Shown here: one piece after another, positions 25,728-35,386 of the stretch
How the letters are laid out: each line of letters begins with the position of its first letter
Position numbering within the stretch: the first letter of the stretch is position 1
IMG/VR virus record: IMGVR_UViG_3300018080_005419
Length of the DNA: 64,000 nucleotides
Origin: a virus
Strand: one strand, 5' to 3'
Translations under genes and position numbers: made by a program
The notes under the pieces: generated by a model
What the model was told of the DNA's origin: nothing
Database searches by the model: none
The model's input: the letters and a program-made list of their open reading frames with translations, nothing else

Positions 25728-26299
25728 GCGAAAAGAAATCTCTAAGCACAGGATGTATTGTTGCAATTGGTGTCGCCATTGTTGGACTTATATTTGTTAT
25801 CTCAATTGGTGGTTATTTTGTTAGCACTATGAATACAGAAGTTGGATTAAGAAATACAATAACCGCAAAAGTTCAAGATAACGAGAGTGAATTTGACAAT
25901 ATGTTTAAGAAAATTAGTCAAGTTGCTCAGGTATCCGAAAAACAAATGGACTCTCTTAAGGACATATTTAACTCTCATGCTACCAGTAGAGCAGGAGAAG
26001 GAGGACAAGGTGGTGTAATGATGAATTGGATTAAAGAAAGTATTCCCAATGTAGACACCAAGGTGTTCGCTAATCTCCAAAACATTATTACAGGCTCCAG
26101 AGATAGATGGACAATGCGCCAAAAAGAATTGGTTGATCTGAAAAGAGAGCATGACAATCTATTAGATAAATTCCCAAGTAGTATGGTATGTTCTATTCTC
26201 GGCAAAGAAAAGATCGAAATCACTATTGTATCATCTAGCAGAGCCAAGAAGGCTATGCAGACTGGTATTGATGATGATATTAATGTTTTCAAAGAATAA
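25724..26299 (+). CDS. Membrane-anchored hypothetical protein
   Basis: N-terminal TM helix followed by a coiled-coil soluble domain. Confidence 0.75.
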   Translation: MSEKKSLSTGCIVAIGVAIVGLIFVISIGGYFVSTMNTEVGLRNTITAKVQDNESEFDNMFKKISQVAQVSEKQMDSLKDIFNSHATSRAGEGGQGGVMMNWIKESIPNVDTKVFANLQNIITGSRDRWTMRQKELVDLKREHDNLLDKFPSSMVCSILGKEKIEITIVSSSRAKKAMQTGIDDDINVFKE

Positions 26300-26383
26300 T
26301 TTAAAATTATTCTAAAATTTTCTATGTTGATTTTGTCTATATAGGCAGAATGTGGTTTAAAAGTCTATATAGGAGAATACAAA

Positions 26384-27532
26384 ATGTGGATTTTCTATCT
26401 AATCGCTACTCTAATGTCTATTGCAACTTGTGTATTATGGATAAATTATAAAAGGATTTGTTGGTGGGAGGGTTTAATCTCTATAGGAGCGGCTTTCCTA
26501 ACTGCCGGTATTATCCATGTTGTTATTATAAGAGGATTAACGGGCGATGTAGAAACGTGGTCTGGTCAAATAACTAAAGTAATTCATTATCCAAAATGGA
26601 TCGAAGAATATCAGGAAGCGGTCTACAAAACTGTTACTCGTACTTCTGGATATGGTAAAAATCAAAAAACTTATACAGAAAGTGTATTTAGCCATTACGA
26701 AACAAAATATCGAACACATCATGAACATTGGGTAGAAAGTAATTATTTTGGAAGAGAGACGGTTACTAAAAGGATTCCAGAATCCAGATTCAAAGAAATA
26801 GCTCATAATTTTGGTGGCAAGATAATTACAACACAACCACATAAATCAGGATTTTATGAAGGTGATCCAAACATTTATACGATACAGAATGAAACTGGTT
26901 ATATTTATCCGTCTGTAATTACAAAGACATGGACAAATAGGGTAAAAGCTGCTCCTAGCGTCTTTTCTTTTCCTAAAATACCTAAAGGAATACAGGTACT
27001 CGATTATCCTACGCTTAAACATTTTCATCGCTCAAATCGTCTTATAGGGCTTGCAAAAAAGCATATCAGCATTTTAGAGTGGGATCGAATGTGTTCTCGT
27101 CTTGGTCCTATGAAAAAAGTTAATGTGATTCTGATTGGATACATACAAGGCGATGCACAAATAGCACATTATCAGGAAGCAAAATGGATAGGAGGAAAGA
27201 AGAACGATTTGGTGTTGTGTTACGGTGGAGATGAAACTGGCAAGAAAGCAAGTTGGTCTTATGTATTTGGATGGACAGAAGAAGAAATTGTTAAAAGAAA
27301 TCTCGAAACTGTTTTGTTAGAATGTTCAATTGATAATAATATTCTTCCCAAAATAGAAGAAGAAATTGCTAAAAACTATAAGATCAAAGAATGGAAGAAA
27401 TTTGATTATATTAGCGTAGAGCCTCCATTTTGGTCTTATCTCGTTATGCTTTTCGTGACAATCATTTTACAGGGCGGTTTTTTGACATGGGCATTTCTCA
27501 ATAAACACAGAGGACAAGGAATTAAAGAGTAG
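26384..27532 (+). CDS. Membrane protein with large extracytoplasmic domain
   Basis: Two N-terminal TM segments and one C-terminal TM segment. Confidence 0.75.
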   Translation: MWIFYLIATLMSIATCVLWINYKRICWWEGLISIGAAFLTAGIIHVVIIRGLTGDVETWSGQITKVIHYPKWIEEYQEAVYKTVTRTSGYGKNQKTYTESVFSHYETKYRTHHEHWVESNYFGRETVTKRIPESRFKEIAHNFGGKIITTQPHKSGFYEGDPNIYTIQNETGYIYPSVITKTWTNRVKAAPSVFSFPKIPKGIQVLDYPTLKHFHRSNRLIGLAKKHISILEWDRMCSRLGPMKKVNVILIGYIQGDAQIAHYQEAKWIGGKKNDLVLCYGGDETGKKASWSYVFGWTEEEIVKRNLETVLLECSIDNNILPKIEEEIAKNYKIKEWKKFDYISVEPPFWSYLVMLFVTIILQGGFLTWAFLNKHRGQGIKE

Positions 27533-27542
27533 GAGAAAAAGA

Positions 27543-28391
27543 ATGAAAATGCAATTTGTTGGAGTTGGATCTGCCTTTACTACTCAGGAATATTATCAGT
27601 CAAATGTTTTAGTTATTGCAGAAAGTGGAAAAAAGTTGCTGATTGATTGTGGTAGCGATGCTAGATTTGCCCTACAAGAATTAAATATTAAGCCTGACGA
27701 TTTAGATGGTGCTTATGTTAGTCATTTGCATGCTGATCATGTTGGAGGCTTAGAATGGTTGGCTTTTTGTACGTATTTTAATCCCAACGCAGAACGACCA
27801 AAACTATATTGCAATTCTGAATTAATGCCTCAGTTGTGGGAACAGGCATTAAGAGGAGGTTTAGAGTCAATACAAGGCAAAGTGGTGACTCTAACTGAAT
27901 ATTTTGAGTGTGTCCCAATTCCTCAAAATGAATCTTTTTATTGGGAAAATATTGAATTTACTCCTGTTCAAACGGTTCATGTTATGGCAGGCTACTACAT
28001 CAAATATTCTTATGGGCTTTTGATTCAAGAAGAGTCTACAGAATCAATAGCATACGATGAACCATATGATGCACTAGGAAATGGATGTATCAATTCTTAT
28101 AGGAGAGTAGAAAGAAAGGTCGAAAAACCCGTTGTATTTTTCACAACAGATACGCAATTTTGTCCTAATCAAATTAAGGATTTTTATAATAGGGCGGATA
28201 TTATTTTTCATGATTGCGAAACGTTTCCTTTTAAGAGTGGAGTTCATGCCCACTATGAAGATTTAAAAACATTAGATAAAGAGACAAAAGAAAAGATGTG
28301 GCTCTACCATTATCAGCCAAATCCATCACAAGATGCAAAAGAGGATGGATTTGCTGGATTTGTTCAGAAGGGTCAAGTGTTTGAAATTTGA
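27543..28391 (+). CDS. Metallo-beta-lactamase-fold hydrolase, Apyc1-like
   Basis: VGVGSAF, LLIDCG, SHLHADHVGGLE, LWEQALRGGL, TVHV, TTDT, FHDC, GVHA, LYHY. Confidence 0.85.
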   Translation: MKMQFVGVGSAFTTQEYYQSNVLVIAESGKKLLIDCGSDARFALQELNIKPDDLDGAYVSHLHADHVGGLEWLAFCTYFNPNAERPKLYCNSELMPQLWEQALRGGLESIQGKVVTLTEYFECVPIPQNESFYWENIEFTPVQTVHVMAGYYIKYSYGLLIQEESTESIAYDEPYDALGNGCINSYRRVERKVEKPVVFFTTDTQFCPNQIKDFYNRADIIFHDCETFPFKSGVHAHYEDLKTLDKETKEKMWLYHYQPNPSQDAKEDGFAGFVQKGQVFEI

Positions 28392-28430
28392 TTGGTTGAT
28401 AAAGACTATTGACGAAAATTTGGAGGTAAA

Positions 28431-28892
28431 ATGGAATATTATATAGTTTCGAGCTTTGATCCGGAATGCTATAATCCAACTATTTTAAAAGGCCAAAAGG
28501 TAGAAAATTGGGAAGAATATTGCAATTCTCTCATGCCAGAAGCAATCAAACTAGCAATTAAGAAATATAGCAAAGGGAACAAAGATTTTGATGGAGCAAT
28601 AAACCATCTTTCTTTGAGAATAACAGAAGAAAGAATGTCAGAAGCTATGATAGAAGTATTGAAAAAGAAGGGATATGAATTAGTTAAATTTCAAGAAAAA
28701 TCGTTTGGCTGGAGGGGGGATTTTTTCGATATTAATGAAATTGAATTGCACAATCTCAGGGCAGAACTCGAAAACAACGAATCATATATAGAAAGAAAAA
28801 ATGATTATGAGCTTAAGAAAGATACAATCGATTATCTTCAAGAGAAAAATGCCAAAATTAAAACTAAAATAAAAGAACTAGAAGAAAATTAA
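28431..28892 (+). CDS. Hypothetical protein
   Basis: GGAGG RBS; coiled-coil C-terminus. Confidence 0.75.
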   Translation: MEYYIVSSFDPECYNPTILKGQKVENWEEYCNSLMPEAIKLAIKKYSKGNKDFDGAINHLSLRITEERMSEAMIEVLKKKGYELVKFQEKSFGWRGDFFDINEIELHNLRAELENNESYIERKNDYELKKDTIDYLQEKNAKIKTKIKELEEN

Positions 28893-29215
28893 AATTTCTT
28901 TGATTCTTCTCTAAATGCCCTACTATCTTTAAGCCAGCCTTGAATTGCTTGGTGATAATCCTTCATGCTAGATTCTTGTAACTTAACAATATCATCCGGC
29001 ACACCCACTTCTAATGTTTCAAATTCATCGCCTTTTTGGATAGCTACAGTACTTCCTGGTTTGATTCTTACTTTTATTTTTTTGCCACTCTCCATTGTGA
29101 CATTATAGAGATAGCCTTCTTCTGTATCGCTTGAATGGCTTACACTTTTAACTAAGTTTTCTGCAATAAGCATTTGAGCGATGACAATTTTTCTACGCAT
29201 GATGTTATTCTCCAA
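28889..29215 (-). CDS. Hypothetical protein with RIA-like leader
   Basis: MRRKIVIAQMLIAE near the N-terminus. Confidence 0.7.
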   Translation of the reverse strand: MENNIMRRKIVIAQMLIAENLVKSVSHSSDTEEGYLYNVTMESGKKIKVRIKPGSTVAIQKGDEFETLEVGVPDDIVKLQESSMKDYHQAIQGWLKDSRAFREESKKF

Positions 29216-29218
29216 ATT

Positions 29219-29404
29219 TTATTCTGGTGGATTTTGCCAACGTGGTTCCAAAATGCCTCCGCCAATATCAACTACTGTTAGAATTTGTCCTTCATTACCA
29301 GGATGAAGGCGAATCCAATCTTTACCGTCATAATAAAGAAGGTCGCCAATTAAACCTGCATCTGGTCCATCATAATCGCCAACTTCGGTTTTTTCGGAAG
29401 CCAT
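29219..29404 (-). CDS. Small protein resembling a single phage fibre/adhesin repeat
   Basis: GDLLYYDGKDWIRLHPGNEGQILTV...P.W. Confidence 0.65.
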   Translation of the reverse strand: MASEKTEVGDYDGPDAGLIGDLLYYDGKDWIRLHPGNEGQILTVVDIGGGILEPRWQNPPE

Positions 29405-29580
29405 TAGTTAGCTCCTCTATCGCTTTTTAAAGACTTGTTAGCTCCTCTTGTGCGATCTACCATATGTTCAAAGCCTTGGCTAATAATAGCAATTTTAACA
29501 GGTTTTCCTAAAGTATCACACAAATATTGAATAGCATCCTCTTCAGATTCAAAAATTAGAGAGTCTTCTGTTTCTTGCAT
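29404..29580 (-). CDS. 58-aa protein consisting mostly of the leader module (absent from ORF track)
   Basis: MQETEDSLIFESEEDAIQYLCDTLGKPVKIAIISQ...; AAGGAG RBS; stop overlaps the next ATG. Confidence 0.75.
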   Translation of the reverse strand: MQETEDSLIFESEEDAIQYLCDTLGKPVKIAIISQGFEHMVDRTRGANKSLKSDRGAN

Positions 29581-29737
29581 TTTCTATTTAACTCCTTGTA
29601 AGTACAATAGTTTATAGTTTTTAACGTATTATTTTCGACAATACATATTATAATAATTTCGCTTCTTATAATAAGGTCAACATATTAAATAAAATTCAAT
29701 AATTTTTCCTAAGAATATAGAGAGGAGTTTCAAAATC

Positions 29738-30709
29738 ATGCTACAATTTAAAACAGCCAATCAAGCGCTTCAAACACTTGCCGATCTAAAACAGTGTCGC
29801 ATCAAAATTGCAGACATTGATATTCCAAAAAGAAAGTTGGGGAATACAGGATTGGAGGTGGGCATATTTTCTTTAGGTGGACAAGGAGCATTAGAGCATC
29901 AAAGAGACAAAGAAGAAATGGCAGAGATTATCACCAGAGCATATGAGCTTGGGGTAAATTATTTCGACACTTCTCCAATTTATGGTCCTTCTGAAGATTA
30001 TTATGGACATGCAATTCCCAGCTTTAGAAATGATATTATTTTAGCAACAAAGAGCGATAAAAGAGATGGGGATGGAGCTTTAAAAGACATAGAAAAATCC
30101 TTAGAAAGACTGAAAACGGATTGGATAGATGTATGGCAAATTCATCATGTAGATAATATGGAAGAAGTAGAACAAATATTTGGACCTGGAGGGGCATTAG
30201 AGGCCTTTAAACAAATGAAGGATGAAGGTGTTGTTAAAAATATAGGAATTACTGGGCATGAAGATCCTGAAGTATTAGTGGAAATGCTTAACAGATTCCC
30301 ATTCGATACCGTTCTTTGTGTAGCCAATGCTGCTGATGTAAATGTAGATCCTTCTTTTGAATCAACGCTATATCCTGTGGCAAATGAAATGAATGTTGGA
30401 ATTATAGGGATGAAGGTATTTGCTCAGGGTTACATTTTTCATCCAGATGGTATTAAAACAACATGGGAGCCACTTTATTATGCAATGTCGCAACCAATTT
30501 CTACTGTTATTGTTGGATGCGATAGTGTGGCCCAATTAGAAGAGAATGTTGCACTAGCTAAGGGTTTCTATAAATTAAGCCCTGAACAATTAGAAGAAAT
30601 TCAAAATCAAACTAAATCATATACAAAGAGAGGAGCTTTTTTTAGGAGTGAGTTCGGAGGGTATAGTTCTCAGGAAAAGCTCAAAAAATTAGTTGTTTTT
30701 GAAAAATAA
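29738..30709 (+). CDS. Aldo/keto reductase with N-terminal leader module
   Basis: MLQFKTANQALQTLADLKQCRIKIA fused to PKRKLGNTG...GVNYFDTSPIYG...LATK...DVWQIH...NIGITGH. Confidence 0.92.
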   Translation: MLQFKTANQALQTLADLKQCRIKIADIDIPKRKLGNTGLEVGIFSLGGQGALEHQRDKEEMAEIITRAYELGVNYFDTSPIYGPSEDYYGHAIPSFRNDIILATKSDKRDGDGALKDIEKSLERLKTDWIDVWQIHHVDNMEEVEQIFGPGGALEAFKQMKDEGVVKNIGITGHEDPEVLVEMLNRFPFDTVLCVANAADVNVDPSFESTLYPVANEMNVGIIGMKVFAQGYIFHPDGIKTTWEPLYYAMSQPISTVIVGCDSVAQLEENVALAKGFYKLSPEQLEEIQNQTKSYTKRGAFFRSEFGGYSSQEKLKKLVVFEK

Positions 30710-30710
30710 A

Positions 30711-31175
30711 TTAAAACTCTAAAATATTCTCATTCAAACAATTCAACATATCATTTAATTTTATTTTCAGTTCTTTAATAGAATTCGCAATTGGTATATT
30801 TGCATCCTTTTTTATTTCTTTAATCTCTCCATTTTCGTCTTGCTCTACATCGTGAATTTCATACCAAGTTTCCTCAAATTCTCCCGCTTTATATTTTATC
30901 TTTACTACCCTGTTATTCTTATATTCTTGACTAATTTTATCGCGTCTTGTTTCGTAATCTAAAACAGGTTTTTCTAAGCATCTAAGCATTCTTTTTATTT
31001 CTTCTTTTAACTCTGATAAAGTAGTCCCAGCAGGAGAGATGGCGTTTTCTGTCATACCTTCTACTTCATCATTTTCATAATAAACCTCATGAATTTCATA
31101 CCATACATCGTCTGTTGTTTTGGCTTGTCTTTTAACTACCCTATGATTCCAATATTGCCCTTTCTCTTTTTCCAT
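30711..31175 (-). CDS. Tandem two-repeat hypothetical protein
   Basis: RVVK...WYEIHEV...P.G.TLSELK...L.C / RVVK...WYEIHDV...PIANSIKELK...LNC. Confidence 0.75.
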   Translation of the reverse strand: MEKEKGQYWNHRVVKRQAKTTDDVWYEIHEVYYENDEVEGMTENAISPAGTTLSELKEEIKRMLRCLEKPVLDYETRRDKISQEYKNNRVVKIKYKAGEFEETWYEIHDVEQDENGEIKEIKKDANIPIANSIKELKIKLNDMLNCLNENILEF

Positions 31176-31186
31176 ATCAATACATC

Positions 31187-32437
31187 CTATGCTAAATGTG
31201 CATTATAAAGGGTAGATACAGCCTCTTTAATTTCACTTTCTTCCCAGGAAATATTTACCTTAATAGATGGGTTGTTTTTCTGTTTTTTCACCCAAGCAAC
31301 AATAGAATATTCTCCAGCCTTTCTTTTGACTCTTTTAATCATTAGGAGGGTTCTATCGCCATTTTTTACCAAACCAAAGAAATCCCTTGGATGTTGGAAA
31401 ATATGATCACTTGGAATAGAAGATGAACAAATCTCCAACATCTTTTTCATTTCTGTTTTATTTCTTTTAACACTTGATGTTTTCTTTTCTATATATTTGG
31501 CATATTTGGTTGCAAGAAATTTATCTACAATAGCGGAAATATCGCTATCATTTTTGATGTCTTTTACTTTGACTGTAGTAGTAATCTCTGGTTTACCGTC
31601 GCGTTCACCTCCAGGATGAAATGATATCTCTCCCTTTGAACGATCCTGTGTTATAAAAACGAGAACTAATCTGCCATCTTTAAAGGTTGTATATCTACCA
31701 GAGGGATGAGCATGGACTTCCTTACATTCTTCTATTTTGTTTTTAAACTGATCAATTATTTTGGCTAGGATATCTTTGCATTTTTCCCAGCGCTTATCTC
31801 TACGATCCATATAATTATTTATATTTTCAGACACGAATTTTGTTACAACTTCTTTCATTTCTGCTTCTTCTGTTCCTACAAATACATTTATCTTTGGACT
31901 TGTTTTTCTGTCTCTTTCTCCTCCCATATGAACAATAATTTTCCTAAGCTTCTTTTCAATATACATTACAACAGATTTCCCACTTTTAACAGTAGCATAT
32001 TTGTTTTGTGGATGAAATTTGACACCTGGATCTGGAACCAAAGAACTAGCAAATAAAGTAGTATTTCTTAATAAATTAATTCTTTCCTGATTTAATTTCT
32101 TTCTATCTATAGCTCTCTTATATTTTGGAGTTTTCTTTTTATTTTTATTCGGTGTTTCAGAATCAAAGAATTTTTTATCATTTTCGATTACCTCAACTGG
32201 AACCTCAATACCATTATCTGTATAGTATTTTCTCTGAATTAAACGAATAACGGCTTTCCTAATCCATTCTTTTGTAGTTTCAGGTGGTTGTTTTCCAGTA
32301 AGAGATGAGTATTTTTCGTTAAGTTGAATATCTGTTAAATTAGGAACATCTTTAGCAAGTTCAAAAATTGCTTCCTTTGCTTTGTTTAGTGTTTCTTTTT
32401 GCGTATTGTCTTCTTGTGGTTGATTATTACTTGTCAT
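31187..32437 (-). CDS. Basic protein with three internal repeats
   Basis: HPQNKYATVKSGKSVVMYI / HPSGRYTTFKDGRLVLVFI / HPRDFFGLVKNGDRTLLMI; HMGGERD / HPGGERD. Confidence 0.75.
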   Translation of the reverse strand: MTSNNQPQEDNTQKETLNKAKEAIFELAKDVPNLTDIQLNEKYSSLTGKQPPETTKEWIRKAVIRLIQRKYYTDNGIEVPVEVIENDKKFFDSETPNKNKKKTPKYKRAIDRKKLNQERINLLRNTTLFASSLVPDPGVKFHPQNKYATVKSGKSVVMYIEKKLRKIIVHMGGERDRKTSPKINVFVGTEEAEMKEVVTKFVSENINNYMDRRDKRWEKCKDILAKIIDQFKNKIEECKEVHAHPSGRYTTFKDGRLVLVFITQDRSKGEISFHPGGERDGKPEITTTVKVKDIKNDSDISAIVDKFLATKYAKYIEKKTSSVKRNKTEMKKMLEICSSSIPSDHIFQHPRDFFGLVKNGDRTLLMIKRVKRKAGEYSIVAWVKKQKNNPSIKVNISWEESEIKEAVSTLYNAHLA

Positions 32438-32476
32438 GAAAATATTCTCCTTTCTACATCAGAATCAAAACAAGAA

Positions 32477-33184
32477 TTAGTCTGGTAATTTAACTTCTAT
32501 CCTATCAAATTCATTATCGATAAGATTTTCACCATTCCATTCCTGTTTGTTGTTTTCCGATGAGTAAACTTCAATAGATTCTTGTTGTTCATCGTTTATT
32601 GTTCCTTGTTCTTCTTCGATATGATCTTCCTGTTGTGATTCTTCTGTGTTTATTTCGGTTTTAAACCCATAAAGAATTTCTACTCTATCTACATCTAACA
32701 ATAAAGCCATAAGTTCATCAACTGCATCTTCTTCTTCCATTCTATTTTTTCCATATCCCAATGGTGGCAAATAAATGGTGCCAGGAATAAGATGTAAATT
32801 TCTTTTTAAAATATCCACAGTTTCTTCAATAACTTCCCAATCTGTTTTTTCTGTATCTTTTTTTTCTTCTCTTGATCCAGCCTCATCAGGAGTAAGTATT
32901 ATTCCAAAATCGTCAGAACATAAAGGAATTCTCAAATCACTATAAGAAAGAATTTTTTGAGGTTCGTCCTCCCTTGTCAACTTACTTGCAAAAACTGCAA
33001 ATTTTCCTCTGCCAACTTTACACAATCTTTCGTAATTTTTCTCTAAGCCAGGAAACTTAGATACCATATACCTTCCTACTTCTGATGGAAATTTGTTGTT
33101 TGGATTTTCTGGAGCAGTTGGCATACAAATCCAGCCCTTTGACCAGAACTTCCATATTTCATCACACTTATATTTGACAGCCAT
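32477..33184 (-). CDS. Degenerate macro-domain-like protein with acidic tail
   Basis: IYLPPLGYGKN resembles the macro-domain P.IG.G loop; weak. Confidence 0.45.
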   Translation of the reverse strand: MAVKYKCDEIWKFWSKGWICMPTAPENPNNKFPSEVGRYMVSKFPGLEKNYERLCKVGRGKFAVFASKLTREDEPQKILSYSDLRIPLCSDDFGIILTPDEAGSREEKKDTEKTDWEVIEETVDILKRNLHLIPGTIYLPPLGYGKNRMEEEDAVDELMALLLDVDRVEILYGFKTEINTEESQQEDHIEEEQGTINDEQQESIEVYSSENNKQEWNGENLIDNEFDRIEVKLPD

Positions 33185-33276
33185 ACATTGTCCAATACCA
33201 GAAACGAGATCTGTATTCTAGATATTATACCGCAAGATTATCGACTAAAGGTAGGAAAAGTTATTTTTATTCTTTT

Positions 33277-33801
33277 CTAAGCGTTCCAAGAATCCCAACC
33301 AAAGTTAATCCCATATCTTAAATCACCATACTGACCGCTATAAGTGAATGGATCAAAAGCGCCTTCGGCTTCTGCTCTTCCGTCAGAAAAAGGATCTCCG
33401 AGCCCTAAACCATCTTGATCATAATCTTCAGGAGGTAACGGAGGAAAGTCAACATTCCATGATTCACATCCTATTCCTATGCGAGAACCATAGGTTAATC
33501 GTCCGCCTAACGTACCATCTCTTGTAATATGACCAAAATTGCGATTCCAATAAAAAACTTTGCATGAACCATTCCATTTACAAGAAGAACATCCTTGTCC
33601 TGGTTGCCTTGGTGTATTGATTGTTCTTGGATAATGTATGCGAGGATCGAGTGGACCTACATCTCCTGGCCCTGGCTTATTTCCTGTATTTTTACGAGGA
33701 GTTGGTTGCGAAGATGTTGTTCGATCAAAAGATTCAGGAATAGGAGGATGACTGTGTATAGCAGGAACATATCTTCTATAAACTGATTCGTATTCTGCCA
33801 T
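33277..33801 (-). CDS. Pro/Gly-rich hypothetical protein with CxxC motif
   Basis: ORF with GC-richer codon usage; CSSCKW. Confidence 0.7.
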   Translation of the reverse strand: MAEYESVYRRYVPAIHSHPPIPESFDRTTSSQPTPRKNTGNKPGPGDVGPLDPRIHYPRTINTPRQPGQGCSSCKWNGSCKVFYWNRNFGHITRDGTLGGRLTYGSRIGIGCESWNVDFPPLPPEDYDQDGLGLGDPFSDGRAEAEGAFDPFTYSGQYGDLRYGINFGWDSWNA

Positions 33802-33807
33802 AATTTT

Positions 33808-34407
33808 TTACGCCTCATCTAAAATTAAATCAACTTCTTTAACTTCTAACTCAGGGTTGATTTCTTTTAGTTTTTCTACTATCCATTTCACTGATTCGTC
33901 ATTGTCTAAATTATCAGGCAACGAAAGAAGTTCTATCTGCCATAAGCCAGATAATCTAAAAATTATAGAATCAATTATTAGCTGAAACCAAGGATTTGTT
34001 GTTCTAGTCCCATCAGGAGTTAATGGTTGTCTTCCCCATGGTATGTGAACAATAACATCATATTTCTCAGCTTCTAATTTGCAATTTTCGACATAGGATG
34101 TTATGTCGAAATTCTCGTCTACATGCATTCCCTGAATACAATAGGCTGCAAGATCAATCCAGGATCTATCCGTCACAAAATTTTCATAGTGTGATTCCAT
34201 AACGCTTTTGTTATCAAATAGCATGTTTTGTCGTTTAGGAGTGCATAGAAATTGTTCTACTGTTTGCCCCATACCATATTGAAATCCAAAATCTTTCAGG
34301 ATAGTTTTCGCTAAATTTGTAAGTGAAGGATGTGCAATGACTTCTGACAATTTTCGAGCAATTGTGGTTCTGCCTGTGCCTGCTGATCCCGCCAATGCTA
34401 TTTTCAT
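33808..34407 (-). CDS. P-loop nucleoside/nucleotide kinase-like protein
   Basis: KIALAGSAGTGRTT Walker A variant; VTDRSWID. Confidence 0.75.
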   Translation of the reverse strand: MKIALAGSAGTGRTTIARKLSEVIAHPSLTNLAKTILKDFGFQYGMGQTVEQFLCTPKRQNMLFDNKSVMESHYENFVTDRSWIDLAAYCIQGMHVDENFDITSYVENCKLEAEKYDVIVHIPWGRQPLTPDGTRTTNPWFQLIIDSIIFRLSGLWQIELLSLPDNLDNDESVKWIVEKLKEINPELEVKEVDLILDEA

Positions 34408-34601
34408 TGTAAATCCTTATAAAATAAAAATTTAAAACATACAAACCATAGAAATATTATAGTCTTATGGAGCAAAAGTTCGTTCTCTTTTTCTTATAAT
34501 TTTGCTTCCTAGTAGATCTAAAAGTCTTACTACATACTAATAGGGGAATTATATAATTTTTTGGAATAGAGTCAAGCAGTTTGTTTCAGGAGGACAATAA
34601 A

Positions 34602-34958
34602 ATGGCTGCCTCACAAACTACAACCTTTATGCTGGCTAACGGGAAAGAAGAAATAAAAGTAAATTGGGATAAATCTAATGGTGAAATACAACTTATGCGT
34701 GTTAAACTCCCCGATCCAGATGTTACAGATACCGAACCCCCTACTAAACAATGCTTTATGCTTAGAACTACCGATCTAAAACCACAAGAATGGGTTGAAC
34801 TTACAGAAACTATTCTCAGGGCACTACAAAAATTATTTCATCTTCCTGGCTATGGTGCTGAAATGGAATATGATAGCATACAAGAAGCAATTTCAACTTT
34901 CAAACAAATGATAGGCGACGATGACGATGAAGATGAAGAGGATGAAGAAGAGTTTTAA
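34602..34958 (+). CDS. Hypothetical protein with acidic tail
   Basis: AGGAGG RBS, ATG 34602. Confidence 0.75.
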   Translation: MAASQTTTFMLANGKEEIKVNWDKSNGEIQLMRVKLPDPDVTDTEPPTKQCFMLRTTDLKPQEWVELTETILRALQKLFHLPGYGAEMEYDSIQEAISTFKQMIGDDDDEDEEDEEEF

Positions 34959-35020
34959 AAACACAAGCTATATTTAAAAATTAAGACTATAATAGAATAG
35001 AGCCATGAGAAGAGAGAAAA

Positions 35021-35368
35021 ATGGATAGAAAATCACAAGTAAGAGTGTTAATTCCCAATCAGTTAGATGTGATTTTTAATAATAAAGTCGTAACATCTGA
35101 CAAAAAAATCCTTATGTATATCGAAAATAATAATGGCATTGAAAAAATTGTCCGTGGTTCTCGTGTTGTTCCATATATCGGAGAACAACCAATTGAGACA
35201 AGCATAAAATTTAAAAATGGACCTAATGGCTGGGTAGAGTTTAAAGATAGCGAAGGGAATAAACAAAAATTAACCGGAAACATCTTCGCGTATTTATCTG
35301 TTCCTTTTGAGTCAGGAGAAACACCTCCAAAAGTCAAATTATATGTTTCGGATCTGCAAGACAACTAA
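35021..35368 (+). CDS. Hypothetical protein
   Basis: ORF with purine-rich RBS. Confidence 0.7.
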   Translation: MDRKSQVRVLIPNQLDVIFNNKVVTSDKKILMYIENNNGIEKIVRGSRVVPYIGEQPIETSIKFKNGPNGWVEFKDSEGNKQKLTGNIFAYLSVPFESGETPPKVKLYVSDLQDN

Positions 35369-35386
35369 TCAGGATTACAAACAATC

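Noticed and set aside
29407-29448. Direct repeat GTTAGCTCCTCT (two copies)
   Set aside because: It encodes a short RGAN duplication at the end of a small gene and supplies the next gene's RBS; too short to indicate an element.
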